This document shows positions 35,368 through 45,498 of a stretch of 64,000 nucleotides of DNA, one piece after another. The notes under the pieces were generated by a model. That model saw only the letters and a list, made by a program, of their open reading frames with translations, was not told the DNA's origin and did no database searches. Positions within the stretch are counted from its first letter, which is position 1. Every line of letters begins with the position of its first letter. This stretch comes from a virus. The stretch lies in the UHGV virus genome UHGV-0066004; one strand, 5' to 3'. Both the position numbers and the translations under genes were made by a program.

Positions 35368-35582
35368 AAATCGCAGATATTATAGATTTATATCAAACTG
35401 CAAAGAGTCATGGCTATATAACCTCAATTGGAAAGAATAGTCACTATGATGCTTTGACTGGAATGTATTTCAGGGCAATGGCTCAATCTAGTGAACAACA
35501 CTTAGTGGTTTCTTCCAGTGAGTTTACTTCGTTTCTCTATTGCAGCAAAATTATAAATCGCAGGAGAACTGAAAAATGTTAA
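35349..35582 (+). CDS. hypothetical small protein
   Basis: 77-aa ORF. Confidence 0.35.
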   Translation: MCSSQLEIADIIDLYQTAKSHGYITSIGKNSHYDALTGMYFRAMAQSSEQHLVVSSSEFTSFLYCSKIINRRRTEKC

Positions 35583-36166
35583 CAGTAAGTTTTAATTACA
35601 ATAGTGATGGCTCTGTATCAATTAACTCACCATATGCAAATGACCTACTTAAAGAGCTAGTCAATCAGTGTGAGAGGGGTCTTCACTATGTTCAAAATTC
35701 TTTTAAACAGAAGACTATTGCTAATAACTTGATGCGTGTAACAGTGACGGCATCGAATCCAAATTATGACTTTGATAGTGAAAGTCCGTACTCATTAGTT
35801 GCGCTTGGAGAGAGCAGCCAATTCAAACTTGTTTGCCACGACTCAGAAACATTCCTTAAGGTATTTTCCAACCTTGTCCATAATAATAAGTGCAGCTACG
35901 TTGATGGTAGTGTAAACTTCTACCCAGCAAACTATACATGTTTGTTAATTGATAATATGAGAAAAAGTAAGCAAGAACCTACAGAAATTTCATTTGATGT
36001 GAACTCTAGTCCAGACGCAGAAACAAGTAAGAACTTTGATATGAGTTACGCATTGTCACTCAGTAAGAAATCCGAGTTCATTGATTATGTCAATGGATTT
36101 GGTTTTAAGTTTGATGAGAGTATGAATCTTAAAAAACTTAAGAACCTACTTAAGACCAAAGCTTAA
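35576..36166 (+). CDS. hypothetical protein
   Basis: 196-aa ORF. Confidence 0.5.
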   Translation: MLTVSFNYNSDGSVSINSPYANDLLKELVNQCERGLHYVQNSFKQKTIANNLMRVTVTASNPNYDFDSESPYSLVALGESSQFKLVCHDSETFLKVFSNLVHNNKCSYVDGSVNFYPANYTCLLIDNMRKSKQEPTEISFDVNSSPDAETSKNFDMSYALSLSKKSEFIDYVNGFGFKFDESMNLKKLKNLLKTKA

Positions 36167-36213
36167 GTGTGAATAGGGGCTGATGCCCCTTTAACTATTT
36201 ATAAGGATATTTA

Positions 36214-36585
36214 ATGAAGGCTAAGAGTGCAAAAGACTTTTATTGCTTCCTACAATCCTATATCAATTCCGTGAAAAATGGTGAAAGATACAATCTTAAT
36301 GATGTTATCCCAACACCTTTGACATGGAGACTCAGTAAATGGCCTGAAGAAGATATTACACCAACAAGAGAACAACGCACCTACAAACCTGAAATCAACA
36401 TTCCAGATTCTGAGAATCTATTATATCCAATGTTCCATATTGTTGGTCTTGGAAGATTCCTTATGGATATCCAGTATGTAATTGGTAAAGGTTATAAGGT
36501 TAAAGGCATTGTTGTTGGTGATGTATCTCCGCATCACAAAGGTTATTTTAGACTAAACGCACATTTAGAGGCTAAAAAGAAATGA
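36214..36585 (+). CDS. hypothetical protein, paralog of N-terminal domain of the next gene
   Basis: 123 aa; shares KRY...WPE...DI...YKP...LLY...FLMD[IL]QY pattern with residues 1-120 of the downstream ORF. Confidence 0.55.
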   Translation: MKAKSAKDFYCFLQSYINSVKNGERYNLNDVIPTPLTWRLSKWPEEDITPTREQRTYKPEINIPDSENLLYPMFHIVGLGRFLMDIQYVIGKGYKVKGIVVGDVSPHHKGYFRLNAHLEAKKK

Positions 36586-37715
36586 TTAAAGCAAAGACTT
36601 ACCCAGACTTCAAAGAGTTTGTGAAGGGCTTCATTGCAAATGTAAAGGCTGGTAAGAGATATGATTTTAGAACATATCAAGAGGCTATTTTACCACTCAC
36701 CTATAGTTCATATTGGCCTGAAGCTGATATTGCAGAAGTTGAGAAGTTTGACTACAAACCAGACTACAAAGTTCCATTTAGTGATGAGTTGCTTTACAGC
36801 GTTGGTGCTCAAATGAGAACGTCTGACTTCTTCATGGACTTACAATATGCAATTATCAATGGTAAAGACGTTGATACAGTTTATTGTGAATGGCTGGCAA
36901 GAGTTAAACCGTTCTCAATGTTGAATGCTAAGTTGAAGGATGCTATCAAGCCACCATCAATCACTCAGCAACCAACCAATCAAACAGTAAATGAAGGGGG
37001 TACACTTACCCTAATCGTTATTGCAACTAATGCCACTGGATATCAATGGAAAAAGGATGGTGAGGACATCCCTAGTGCCAATTCTGCAACTTACACAAAA
37101 CAGTCAGTAGCACCTTCTGACGCTGGTTCATACACTTGTGTTGTATCTGGAGAGGGTGGAACAAGTGTTACCTCAGATGCAGCAACAGTGACTGTGAACG
37201 CACTACCTGTGATTACACAACAACCTTCTAGCCAGACCATCAATGAGGGTGGAAACATCAGCTTGGAAGTGACTGCAACGGGTGCAACGGGTTACCAGTG
37301 GAAGAAAGATGGCTCTGACATTCCTTCAGCGACAAATGCTACCTATAGCAAGTCTGGTGCTCTGCCAGCAGATGCAGGTTCATACACTTGCGTTGTAACA
37401 GGTGCAGGTGGTTCTGTTACTTCTAGCCCTGCAACAGTTACTGTGAATGCACTTCCGGTAATCACTCAGCAACCAACCAATCAAGAAATCACTGAAGGTG
37501 AGACCTTAACACTGAATGTTGTGGCAACAGGTGCGACAGGTTATCAGTGGAAGAAAGGGGAGGAAGACATCCTCGATGCAACTACTGCAACTTACACCAA
37601 AGAAGGTGCAACCACTGCTGATGCAGGAAGCTACACCTGTGTAGTGACTGGCGCAGGTGGCTCTGTAACATCTAATGCGGCAACAGTTACAGTTAACCCA
37701 GCAGGGGAGGCATAA
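36582..37715 (+). CDS. Ig-like repeat protein (three tandem domains)
   Basis: 377 aa; three ~85-aa repeats each with TGYQWKKDG ... ATY ... DAGSYTCVV ... TVTVN. Confidence 0.7.
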   Translation: MIKAKTYPDFKEFVKGFIANVKAGKRYDFRTYQEAILPLTYSSYWPEADIAEVEKFDYKPDYKVPFSDELLYSVGAQMRTSDFFMDLQYAIINGKDVDTVYCEWLARVKPFSMLNAKLKDAIKPPSITQQPTNQTVNEGGTLTLIVIATNATGYQWKKDGEDIPSANSATYTKQSVAPSDAGSYTCVVSGEGGTSVTSDAATVTVNALPVITQQPSSQTINEGGNISLEVTATGATGYQWKKDGSDIPSATNATYSKSGALPADAGSYTCVVTGAGGSVTSSPATVTVNALPVITQQPTNQEITEGETLTLNVVATGATGYQWKKGEEDILDATTATYTKEGATTADAGSYTCVVTGAGGSVTSNAATVTVNPAGEA

Positions 37716-38179
37716 TGCAACTCTCAAGAAAAGGTTTAGAAGCTATTAAGTTCTTTGAAGGTCTTAAGCTGGAGGCTTACGAAGATTCTGCTGGAATCCC
37801 TACAATTGGGTATGGGACAATCCGTATTGCTGGTAAACCTGTTAAGATGGGTATGAGAATCACGGCTGAACAAGCTGAACAGTATCTTCTCGCAGATGTT
37901 GAAAAGTTCGTTGCAGCAGTGAACAAAGCCATCAAGGTTCCAACTTCTCAGAACGAGTTTGATGCACTTGTAAGTGAAACATACAACATTGGCATCACAG
38001 CTATGCAGGACTCTACATTTATCAAGCGCCACAACGATGGTAATAAGGTCGGTTGTGCAGAAGCTATGCAATGGTGGAACAAGGTTACAGTCAAAGGTAA
38101 GAAGGTCACTTCAAACGGCCTGAAAAACAGACGTAGAATGGAAGCTGACATTTATCTTGACAGTGTATATCCAAAGTAA
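37715..38179 (+). CDS. endolysin (T4-type lysozyme)
   Basis: 154 aa; N-terminal motif EGLKLEAYEDSAGIPTIGYGT. Confidence 0.8.
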   Translation: MQLSRKGLEAIKFFEGLKLEAYEDSAGIPTIGYGTIRIAGKPVKMGMRITAEQAEQYLLADVEKFVAAVNKAIKVPTSQNEFDALVSETYNIGITAMQDSTFIKRHNDGNKVGCAEAMQWWNKVTVKGKKVTSNGLKNRRRMEADIYLDSVYPK

Positions 38180-38188
38180 TATCTTCAT

Positions 38189-38217
38189 AGGCTCCTTCGG
38201 GAGCCTTTTTATTTTCT
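38189..38217 (+). terminator. rho-independent terminator
   Basis: aggctcc-ttcg-ggagcct hairpin followed by T-run, after endolysin stop. Confidence 0.7.
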
Positions 38218-38229
38218 AAGGAGAAAACT

Positions 38230-38628
38230 ATGAAACTTTGGGCTGATGATGTTGGAACTTTTAAGTACACTCGCAATGGCTCAATGGTGAGAATCATTGG
38301 GAGTAACATTGTTACAATTGGTGATAGGGTGAACACAATGTTCACTGTTGAGTTGGCTGAACTCTCACCTATTGAATCCGCTAACAACGGCCTGTTCAAG
38401 TTTGAAACTTACCATGTAAATGAACACGGGCAGTTTAACACTTTAGGTGAAAGTGGCCTTGATATTATTTCAGAACACCCCTTGACAAGAGGGCAGCTTG
38501 CAAGTTACTATAAAACAGTTCTTGAAAGGGCTTTGGCAACACATGAGAATGAGGCCAGATATCACATAGAACGCTGTGAAGTTTTAAGAGAAAAAATCGA
38601 ACAAGCAGAGAGAGGTTTTTATGAATAA
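38230..38628 (+). CDS. hypothetical protein
   Basis: 132-aa ORF. Confidence 0.5.
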   Translation: MKLWADDVGTFKYTRNGSMVRIIGSNIVTIGDRVNTMFTVELAELSPIESANNGLFKFETYHVNEHGQFNTLGESGLDIISEHPLTRGQLASYYKTVLERALATHENEARYHIERCEVLREKIEQAERGFYE

Positions 38629-39010
38629 AGAGATTCAAGTAAAAGTTGACACTTTTGGCCATGATGGTCGAGAAGATGCTGGACTTGCCGACGCAGTGAT
38701 TTTTGAGTGTAATGGTAATATCAGTCTTCGCTTTACAGGCTCAGGTAGCACCCTTCGCAGAATGCGAGATGATGCAGATGGTTGCCCTGTATTTGGTTGG
38801 TATGACATGGAGTTCCCACTTTATGCAATCCATTATCCAGATGGTGGGGAAGATTGGACAACTCAATCAATCCGTGATGAGCTTAACGGTATTCCAGTTG
38901 AGCAAGAAGAGCAAGAACCTGTTGAACTTACCTTCACTTTTATCAAAGAAGAGAAAGTAGGTGACTTATCAGTAACTGAAGCAATTCAAGTCTCACAGGT
39001 CATTCGCTAA
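38621..39010 (+). CDS. hypothetical protein
   Basis: 129-aa ORF overlapping upstream stop. Confidence 0.5.
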   Translation: MNKEIQVKVDTFGHDGREDAGLADAVIFECNGNISLRFTGSGSTLRRMRDDADGCPVFGWYDMEFPLYAIHYPDGGEDWTTQSIRDELNGIPVEQEEQEPVELTFTFIKEEKVGDLSVTEAIQVSQVIR

Positions 39011-39303
39011 TGAGTAAAGTACAGGTCGTTTTCCCCATTTGTGACTTCTCACTAGAGCGTGAACTTGACCTGTACGAAGAAATTACTGACGAAATTATCT
39101 GGTCTGTTGTAGAAGAGGCTATCAAGAAACTATACGGTGGCCTCTTAAACCCATCAAGTAAAAAGCTCAATACTAAACAAGTAGCTGATACATATACTTC
39201 TTATGATGCCTACAACAAACCTTTTGAGAATACCTGCTTTGACCTTATGGTAGGCAATAACAAAGTCAACTATTTCTTCGTCAGAGAGTTTAACGATGAG
39301 TAA
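39010..39303 (+). CDS. hypothetical protein
   Basis: 97-aa ORF. Confidence 0.45.
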   Translation: MSKVQVVFPICDFSLERELDLYEEITDEIIWSVVEEAIKKLYGGLLNPSSKKLNTKQVADTYTSYDAYNKPFENTCFDLMVGNNKVNYFFVREFNDE

Positions 39304-39490
39304 GCTCCATGTCACAGTATACAAAAACTTCTCAGATATCAAAGAGTCTTTAACAAATAAGCTTGACTTACAACGTAAAAGGCTCTTTTTAATGTATGAC
39401 ATAGACAACTACAACCATCCTAAAGAGTTCAACTACAAAGATGGTACAAAGGTTGTCGAATTTGAAGATTCTGTGACGGTGTATGTCTAA
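39296..39490 (+). CDS. hypothetical protein
   Basis: 64-aa ORF. Confidence 0.4.
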   Translation: MSKLHVTVYKNFSDIKESLTNKLDLQRKRLFLMYDIDNYNHPKEFNYKDGTKVVEFEDSVTVYV

Positions 39491-39639
39491 TATGACTTAC
39501 CAGCAAAGTACATAGGTATGTTAGAGTACTACATATTCAAACATACAGGTATGCGTGGTGAATCTGTCAAGATATCTTCTGTAGAAGTTTTTGAGAAACC
39601 TAACACACAACTTAAAAAGTATTTAATGAGGAAACTGTA

Positions 39640-40221
39640 ATGTCCGAAGAGCAACAGGATATCATTCCACAAGTAACACTTGTACAACACTTTGGAAATA
39701 TTGAAGGGTGTGTTGCACTTTTTCAACCAAACATCAATTCTCCTGTAAAAGTTTGCAAGTTGACTATGAACGTTAACAATATCAGTGTTTGCCTTGTTGA
39801 AGAAGTTCAATATTTCAAGTTCAATGACAGAGAGGTTGATGCTGCACTATTGAAGTATCGAGCAAACCTCGAAAAAGATATTGACCACAAAGAACTTGTA
39901 ACACTATTTGGTGACCTTCACAAGCTTCTTGAAAAGGTTATTAAGCGTACATACTATATGAACAATGGTTCAATCATCACCACTTTGATTTCACCATGTA
40001 TTTCAGAGCCAATTTTAACTGATGACGGTGGATACTACGTGGTAGCATCAGCAGATTCTGATTGGTGGATGAAGAACACAGCACTTAAAACAGTGATTGA
40101 GGCTATCCGCGAACATATCCCTTCATTCAGCCCGTGGAAAGGTAAAAGTGATGATTTTATCGCACTATTGAGTGAAGAGAGCAACAAGCGCAGTGCATTA
40201 CTGCCTAAAAAATACTCTTGA
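39640..40221 (+). CDS. hypothetical protein
   Basis: 193-aa ORF. Confidence 0.5.
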   Translation: MSEEQQDIIPQVTLVQHFGNIEGCVALFQPNINSPVKVCKLTMNVNNISVCLVEEVQYFKFNDREVDAALLKYRANLEKDIDHKELVTLFGDLHKLLEKVIKRTYYMNNGSIITTLISPCISEPILTDDGGYYVVASADSDWWMKNTALKTVIEAIREHIPSFSPWKGKSDDFIALLSEESNKRSALLPKKYS

Positions 40222-40293
40222 CCGAGTATACAAAACTGATTATGATGGGAGCTATCGAGAGGTAGTTCCCTTTTTAGTTTCTGGAGAGTAGAT

Positions 40294-40839
40294 ATGGCTA
40301 AAGTGAAAGAGCACGATAAAATTATTTTGTATGTTAAACAGAACCCTTCAAAGAGTGTTGAGGCTGTTGTAACACACATCTCACACAATGGTACAGTTTA
40401 TTTCCGACCACTAAAGAACTTAGACTTTGACATAACACCAAACCACACATTTAGTACTTCTGCAAGACTGTGTGCCGGGACTGTATACTCAACTGCTGAG
40501 ATTGAGTCCTTATCTTTCACAGGTGCTTACAAAAACTTTATAGGTATTGCTCTAAAGGACTCTGAAGAATCTTTTAAATTTTTCATGGAGACTAATAAAG
40601 GTTGCTACGCACATGTTATGCCAATCTATAAGAAAGTTGACACAGAACTTACCAGTAAGTGTGAAGAGATTAGTAGTGACCTGAAGGAGCGTAAAACAGC
40701 TATTCAGAATGCCATTTACATCATTGAGAAGAGCCACTTAGAAGTTCTTTTCAGAGATATGCTAAAAGCAGGGTTTACTCCAAACGAAATTACAAGAGAA
40801 ACACAACGCCAGTTCAGAAATGCTATGGTGAAAGAATGA
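40294..40839 (+). CDS. hypothetical protein
   Basis: 181-aa ORF. Confidence 0.5.
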   Translation: MAKVKEHDKIILYVKQNPSKSVEAVVTHISHNGTVYFRPLKNLDFDITPNHTFSTSARLCAGTVYSTAEIESLSFTGAYKNFIGIALKDSEESFKFFMETNKGCYAHVMPIYKKVDTELTSKCEEISSDLKERKTAIQNAIYIIEKSHLEVLFRDMLKAGFTPNEITRETQRQFRNAMVKE

Positions 40840-41054
40840 AAAAGTTAACTACAGTTGAAGATTACTACAAACTTTCCCTGTTAGAACAGTATCGCAGAAG
40901 CCAGAATATCAGAAAATGCTATGGTAAGCACGCTGAAGGTGACTTTTACCACTGCTATGATGCAGATTTAAAAGGCGTAACGCCTAGAGGGAAAGTTCTG
41001 CAAAGATTTGTTGACCTTGAGTGGAACAAACGATTGAGAGGGGTTGGGAAATGA
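40836..41054 (+). CDS. hypothetical protein
   Basis: 72-aa ORF. Confidence 0.4.
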   Translation: MKKLTTVEDYYKLSLLEQYRRSQNIRKCYGKHAEGDFYHCYDADLKGVTPRGKVLQRFVDLEWNKRLRGVGK

Positions 41055-41554
41055 TTTACGAAGAAAGATACAAAATAGATTACCAGAAGACTGGTCATCA
41101 TACTTCTTTAAAAGTAACCAAACCAAATGGAGATACCGGTATCATAGCACATTTTGGTGGTGATTATTGGTACGGTACAGGTTGCTTTGAGGGCTACAGT
41201 CAAGAATACTTGAAAGCTTTCTACAGAGACTTTACAAACGACTACAACAGGGTTGTTGACGAAAAGAACAAGTGTATTAAGCATGAACACCATGCAAGAG
41301 GCTGCCTAAGTATTGTTATGGTACTGGCGTTCTTCTTAGCAATGTTACTGGCAGTATCAGCAATTAGCTGCATAGCTCAAGATTTGACAATTACACAGAT
41401 TACTACAAAGATACACGATATCTGGTACTTGTATGCTGTTCCTTTAGCTGGTATTATCATCTCACTAGTAAGATTCAGAGTTCATAAGAAACGACTTAAG
41501 GACTCTGAGGTTAAACTTGAAGAGGTAAGTAAAGAATGCAACCTACAATTATAG
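41051..41554 (+). CDS. hypothetical membrane protein
   Basis: track ORF 41021..41554 with start moved to ATG 41051 (ATGA overlap); two C-terminal hydrophobic segments. Confidence 0.5.
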   Translation: MIYEERYKIDYQKTGHHTSLKVTKPNGDTGIIAHFGGDYWYGTGCFEGYSQEYLKAFYRDFTNDYNRVVDEKNKCIKHEHHARGCLSIVMVLAFFLAMLLAVSAISCIAQDLTITQITTKIHDIWYLYAVPLAGIIISLVRFRVHKKRLKDSEVKLEEVSKECNLQL

Positions 41555-41630
41555 CTGTATGCGTTCGTTTTGCAATCGCTGAAATGATTAACAAGGCAAT
41601 CTTAAAAGATGCCTATGGAGAGACTAAGTA

Positions 41631-41867
41631 ATGATTAAGACACCTGTACCAATTTTTGGATTTCCTTCTATAGAAGAATTTAAAGTTTATCTTGACAAAA
41701 ACTTCTACAATGAGCAGCCTGTTACTCTGCTGAAGAGTGACTTATCAGAACTTCTTGATATGGTTATCAAGGCAACTCCTGAAAAGGAACCTGAAAAGGA
41801 ACCTGAACAGAAAGCTGAGAAGAAGACTAGTAAGAAATCCGATAAGAAGACTGAAAAGTCTGAGTAA
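41631..41867 (+). CDS. hypothetical protein with PEKE repeats
   Basis: 78 aa; C-terminus PEKEPEKEPEQKAEKK. Confidence 0.45.
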   Translation: MIKTPVPIFGFPSIEEFKVYLDKNFYNEQPVTLLKSDLSELLDMVIKATPEKEPEKEPEQKAEKKTSKKSDKKTEKSE

Positions 41868-41919
41868 TAGCTTAGGGGTTACTTGATAGCCCCTTTGTAG
41901 AAACTTAGAAGGTAGCGAA

Positions 41920-42384
41920 ATGAAAATTAAAGAAGTCGTTCAAAAAGCAATGCTTGGCAACTCAACTAAAGATGAAATGTACAAAGAGATTTGTGATAAG
42001 TTGAATTGTTCAAGACATGCTGCTAAGGCTCTTGTACATTGTTTTATCTGGGAATGCTCAGAGGCTTATATGCAATATGTAGCTTTTGAAAGTTCTCACT
42101 TGCTAGGTGATGTAGAAGCTGGTGATAAGCTAAAAGAGCCTGAGATGAAAACAGTCCCTAGAGTCGGTAACACATACCCTCTTAAAGATTTCAAGACTGG
42201 AAAGATTGTTGCAAAAGGTGTAGTAGAATCTGTCTATCATGATGGTAAATACTTACTTAAAATATTTGAGTATGACAGCCACTATACGCACTTATGTGGG
42301 ATTACATTCTTAGTAACAGAAGAAGACCTTATTAAGAACAACAGCAACAAGTTTGCAGTACCAGCCTACCAAGTTTTACGATAA
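41920..42384 (+). CDS. hypothetical protein
   Basis: 154-aa ORF. Confidence 0.5.
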   Translation: MKIKEVVQKAMLGNSTKDEMYKEICDKLNCSRHAAKALVHCFIWECSEAYMQYVAFESSHLLGDVEAGDKLKEPEMKTVPRVGNTYPLKDFKTGKIVAKGVVESVYHDGKYLLKIFEYDSHYTHLCGITFLVTEEDLIKNNSNKFAVPAYQVLR

Positions 42385-42946
42385 TGGTGTGATAGCTATG
42401 GAAAAAGATAACTTAAAAGAAGTTGAAGGTAACTACCTAGTGCTTGACTGGAGTGATATCCGAGAAGCACTCTCCGAAGAAAATCTTGACTGGTTCGAAC
42501 AAATTATCTTTGCAGTACGGCATAACAGAGAAGTTGAAAATGGTAAAGAGCCATTAGAAGGAATCTTTGTAGAGAGGTCTTATCCGTTCTATGAAGACAC
42601 TTTACAAAAAGTTAAAATGTACTTTAAACAGAAGAACCGTAAAGTGGTCACTATGGTATCTCTTGGTGGACAGAGTATGTCTGTGATGGAAGATATCAAC
42701 CCTAAGAGACCGAGTAAAGGTGTTTGTATAAAAATCACAGGACATGAAGAGTATATCTCAGTGGCTGACTTTAGTGCATTCTGTAGTGGTTCTTGTGTCT
42801 TTAATGGTTTTCACTATGATATCCGAGTGTACCCAATCAAGGGAGATGATATCATGATGCAGATATTCGATAACAACAATGGATTCACTCATTTTTATCA
42901 GACAACTAAGCCATCCCTAAAAACAGTTCTGGAAACACTGATTTAA
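42353..42946 (+). CDS. hypothetical protein
   Basis: 197-aa ORF; true start may be the internal Met (MEKDNLKEV). Confidence 0.5.
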   Translation: MQYQPTKFYDNGVIAMEKDNLKEVEGNYLVLDWSDIREALSEENLDWFEQIIFAVRHNREVENGKEPLEGIFVERSYPFYEDTLQKVKMYFKQKNRKVVTMVSLGGQSMSVMEDINPKRPSKGVCIKITGHEEYISVADFSAFCSGSCVFNGFHYDIRVYPIKGDDIMMQIFDNNNGFTHFYQTTKPSLKTVLETLI

Positions 42947-42957
42947 AATATCTTAAG

Positions 42958-42990
42958 AGCCTCCTTAATTGGGGGCTTTTTAATTTTTAT
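42958..42990 (+). terminator. rho-independent terminator ending the plus-strand block
   Basis: gcctcc-ttaatt-gggggc hairpin followed by tttttaatttttat. Confidence 0.6.
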
Positions 42991-43080
42991 AAAATTTTAT
43001 CGGTTGTCCCAACCTCTGGGTCACCATCATATGTGAATAAAATATCTACCCTTCTTAACAACCTTCTTAATCTTACTCTC

Positions 43081-43112
43081 TATATAGTTATATAGTACTA
43101 TATAGTATCTTA
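43081..43112. repeat. tandem tatatagt repeats
   Basis: tatatagt x3 in direct tandem. Confidence 0.6.
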
Positions 43113-43539
43113 GTAACTATCTAGTGGTCTTAATAGCCCTCTGTATAGCCCTTCTAAATAGCCATCTAAACACTCTTCTAACAAACCTTCTTAACAATCT
43201 ATACAATCACCTTAACCATCTCTCTACATCCTCTTAGAAGCTCCTATACACCTCTTAATCTCTATGTTAGCTATGTTACTCTCTATAGGTGTTCACTAGG
43301 AAATACTAAGCCTCTATATAGACTGTTTTAACAAACTTAACAGGAATATCTTTACAGGCCTTATCTCACAAGGTCTAACACGGTACTAACAAGGTATCTT
43401 ATAAGCCTGTTTCTACCTGTATTTTTAAAAGACTGTATAGGTAATTATTCAGAATTTTAAAATTTTTATAAAATAGGACTATCAAGTCATTTTTTAGGGT
43501 CTTTGAAGGAACTGAAAAATATCTGTAGAAGATGTATAT

Positions 43540-44090
43540 CTGCTTGGTAGCCCTTAACAGCTCCCTTACAAGTACTTTGCAAAATTTTAAAATATCCTTA
43601 ACAATCTCTTAACAGCTCTCACATCTTCTTAACAACTCTTCAAAGGTCTTAACAGACTCTTAACAGAACTAACAAGGGTGTAACAGTTTCTTAACAGTTG
43701 ATACATAGGCTTAACAGAATCTTAACAGATGACTAACAAGAGCTAACAAGTTAATTTTAAAGAGTTATTTTGTTAAGATAATTAACAAGTTTCTAACAAG
43801 TGTTTAATCTTTTTAACAAGCTATTAACACGGTCACTATCTCTGGTCTTATCGTTCCCTTCTCCTCTTAGTGATTCTTTAAACATACCTCTTAAAAGCTC
43901 TCTATAGCTCTTTATAGGCTCTTTTAAGCATCTTCCTAGTATTTACCCCTCAACTGTATGGATAGCTCTTTATAAGGCTTTACAGGAGCTTTTAAGGCTA
44001 TGCCAAAGATTCTTACAAGGCTTTTACGTGGTCTTAACAGAGATTTAACAAGGGGCTAACAAGTTGCTAACAAGTGCCTTAAAAGCATAA
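43540..44090. repeat. iteron array: about 20 direct copies of CTTAACAG / CTAACAAG-type motif
   Basis: visible by eye; no ORF over 60 aa in 42950-44560. Confidence 0.7.
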
Positions 44091-44101
44091 CTATGTAGGG
44101 T

Positions 44102-44152
44102 TTGTTAAGAAATTGTTAAGAAATTGTTAAGAAAATGTTAAGAAAATGTTAA
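44102..44152. repeat. five tandem copies of TTGTTAAGAAA (inverse of the upstream iteron)
   Basis: ttgttaagaaa x5 head-to-tail, facing the direct array. Confidence 0.75.
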
Positions 44153-44580
44153 GGGGGCTAGCATTTACGTAACTTTATAGCCTCTTTTACGTAACTTTTA
44201 AGCTACTTTTAAGCCCCTATAACATACTTTTAAGACAATAACAAGCCCTTTATAGTAGTTCACAAGAATACTAACGAGATGATAAAGCTTACACCCTTAT
44301 AAGATTCTTTTAAGGCTCTGGGAAGCTCTAGGAAGGGCTTTTTAGAGTGGGTTAATATGATTGCTTAAGTTAGGTTGATAAGGCTGTTATAGAGCTTTAT
44401 AGAGCGTTTTAGTGGTTGCCCTTCCCTTTCGGGTTATGGGCTTACATTTAAGGGAAAGATTAAGTTGATTTGATAAAAGGCTATAGAGTAGACTATAGAG
44501 TTATTGCTTTTTAAGGTCTGGTAAAGTTCTGACTTGTTAGGTGGGTTTTAAGATTCTGGAAAGGAATTTGATAGACGTAA

Positions 44581-44635
44581 AAAAGCCCCATTTAAGGGGC
44601 TGTAAAGGTATCTGGGGCTATTTAGCCCCGTTGCG
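44581..44635 (-). terminator. tandem terminator hairpins ending the minus-strand early block
   Basis: agcccc-attta-aggggct and ctggggc-tattta-gccccg hairpins; minus-strand reading gives U-run after the first. Confidence 0.55.
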
Positions 44636-44639
44636 GCGT

Positions 44640-44888
44640 TTAGTTAGTGCCTTCTTTGTCGTAGTACAGGGAGACGATTTTTTCTCCCCAATAGTGATAA
44701 GTGTGACCATGCGTAAGAACTTCCTGTTTTGTTTCCTCCCAGAATTCATCAGAGGGGTTGTAGTCACTGATGGTCTGACTGATAAGGCCTTTCACCATTT
44801 CAAAGGCGTTATCAGTACCTACAAGGTCAAATTTAACGTCCAGAGAGTAGAAGCCAAATTCGTTAACAGTTGCGCGGATAGTAGCCAT
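44640..44888 (-). CDS. hypothetical early protein
   Basis: 82 aa; preceded by conserved upstream cassette. Confidence 0.55.
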   Translation of the reverse strand: MATIRATVNEFGFYSLDVKFDLVGTDNAFEMVKGLISQTISDYNPSDEFWEETKQEVLTHGHTYHYWGEKIVSLYYDKEGTN

Positions 44889-44975
44889 TTTAGAATCTCC
44901 AGTTTAGGAAGTTGATTAAGGGTTTTATTTAGTGGGGAAGGTCATTCCCTCCCCGTTGATTGACAATTTACAGAC
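44889..44975 (-). repeat. conserved upstream cassette, family 1 (hairpin GGGGAAGG-TCATT-CCCTCCCC + RBS)
   Basis: near-identical ~80-bp sequence recurs before six minus-strand genes. Confidence 0.7.
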
Positions 44976-45498
44976 TTTTGATTGTTTCGTCAATATCTTT
45001 TTCAATATCTTTTAAAGTTTTTTCTAAGTTCTTGATATTGAAAGATAATCCTTCTCCCAGTGTCTTAGAGTAACCGCTAGGACGTGAGTCATATAGTTCA
45101 ATTTCTTCTACTTCGAAGAGGCTAACCAACTCACCGCTTACACTGTAAGCCATTGAAACAGTATTTACAGGGGCTTTATAGAACTTGTTCAAGGACTTGA
45201 TAGAACGTTCATAAGCCATTTTATAACCGTTTAAAAGGTTTTTAACGTGGTTACGAACGTTTTTACACTCATCTAGATAAATCTCTAAGAATAACGGTAA
45301 TAACTCCGCTACAGCTTGCATAAAGTGAGAGACTACAACGGTTGCAACATTACGACGATGTACATAATAAGCCCCGTTTTCTGATTTGGTGATGGTTGCA
45401 AAGTGTACCCCATTACAACGGAACTCATATGTGTCTTTAACAGGCTTAGACATTACAGCATTTGAACGAATGTAGTTGATAGCTTTAAACTTGTTCAT
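44968..45498 (-). CDS. hypothetical early protein
   Basis: 176-aa ORF. Confidence 0.55.
   Translation of the reverse strand: MNKFKAINYIRSNAVMSKPVKDTYEFRCNGVHFATITKSENGAYYVHRRNVATVVVSHFMQAVAELLPLFLEIYLDECKNVRNHVKNLLNGYKMAYERSIKSLNKFYKAPVNTVSMAYSVSGELVSLFEVEEIELYDSRPSGYSKTLGEGLSFNIKNLEKTLKDIEKDIDETIKSL

Noticed and set aside
44102-44152. Short tandem repeats considered as a CRISPR array
   Set aside because: 11-bp head-to-tail repeats with no intervening spacers and no cas genes; this is an iteron/tandem repeat
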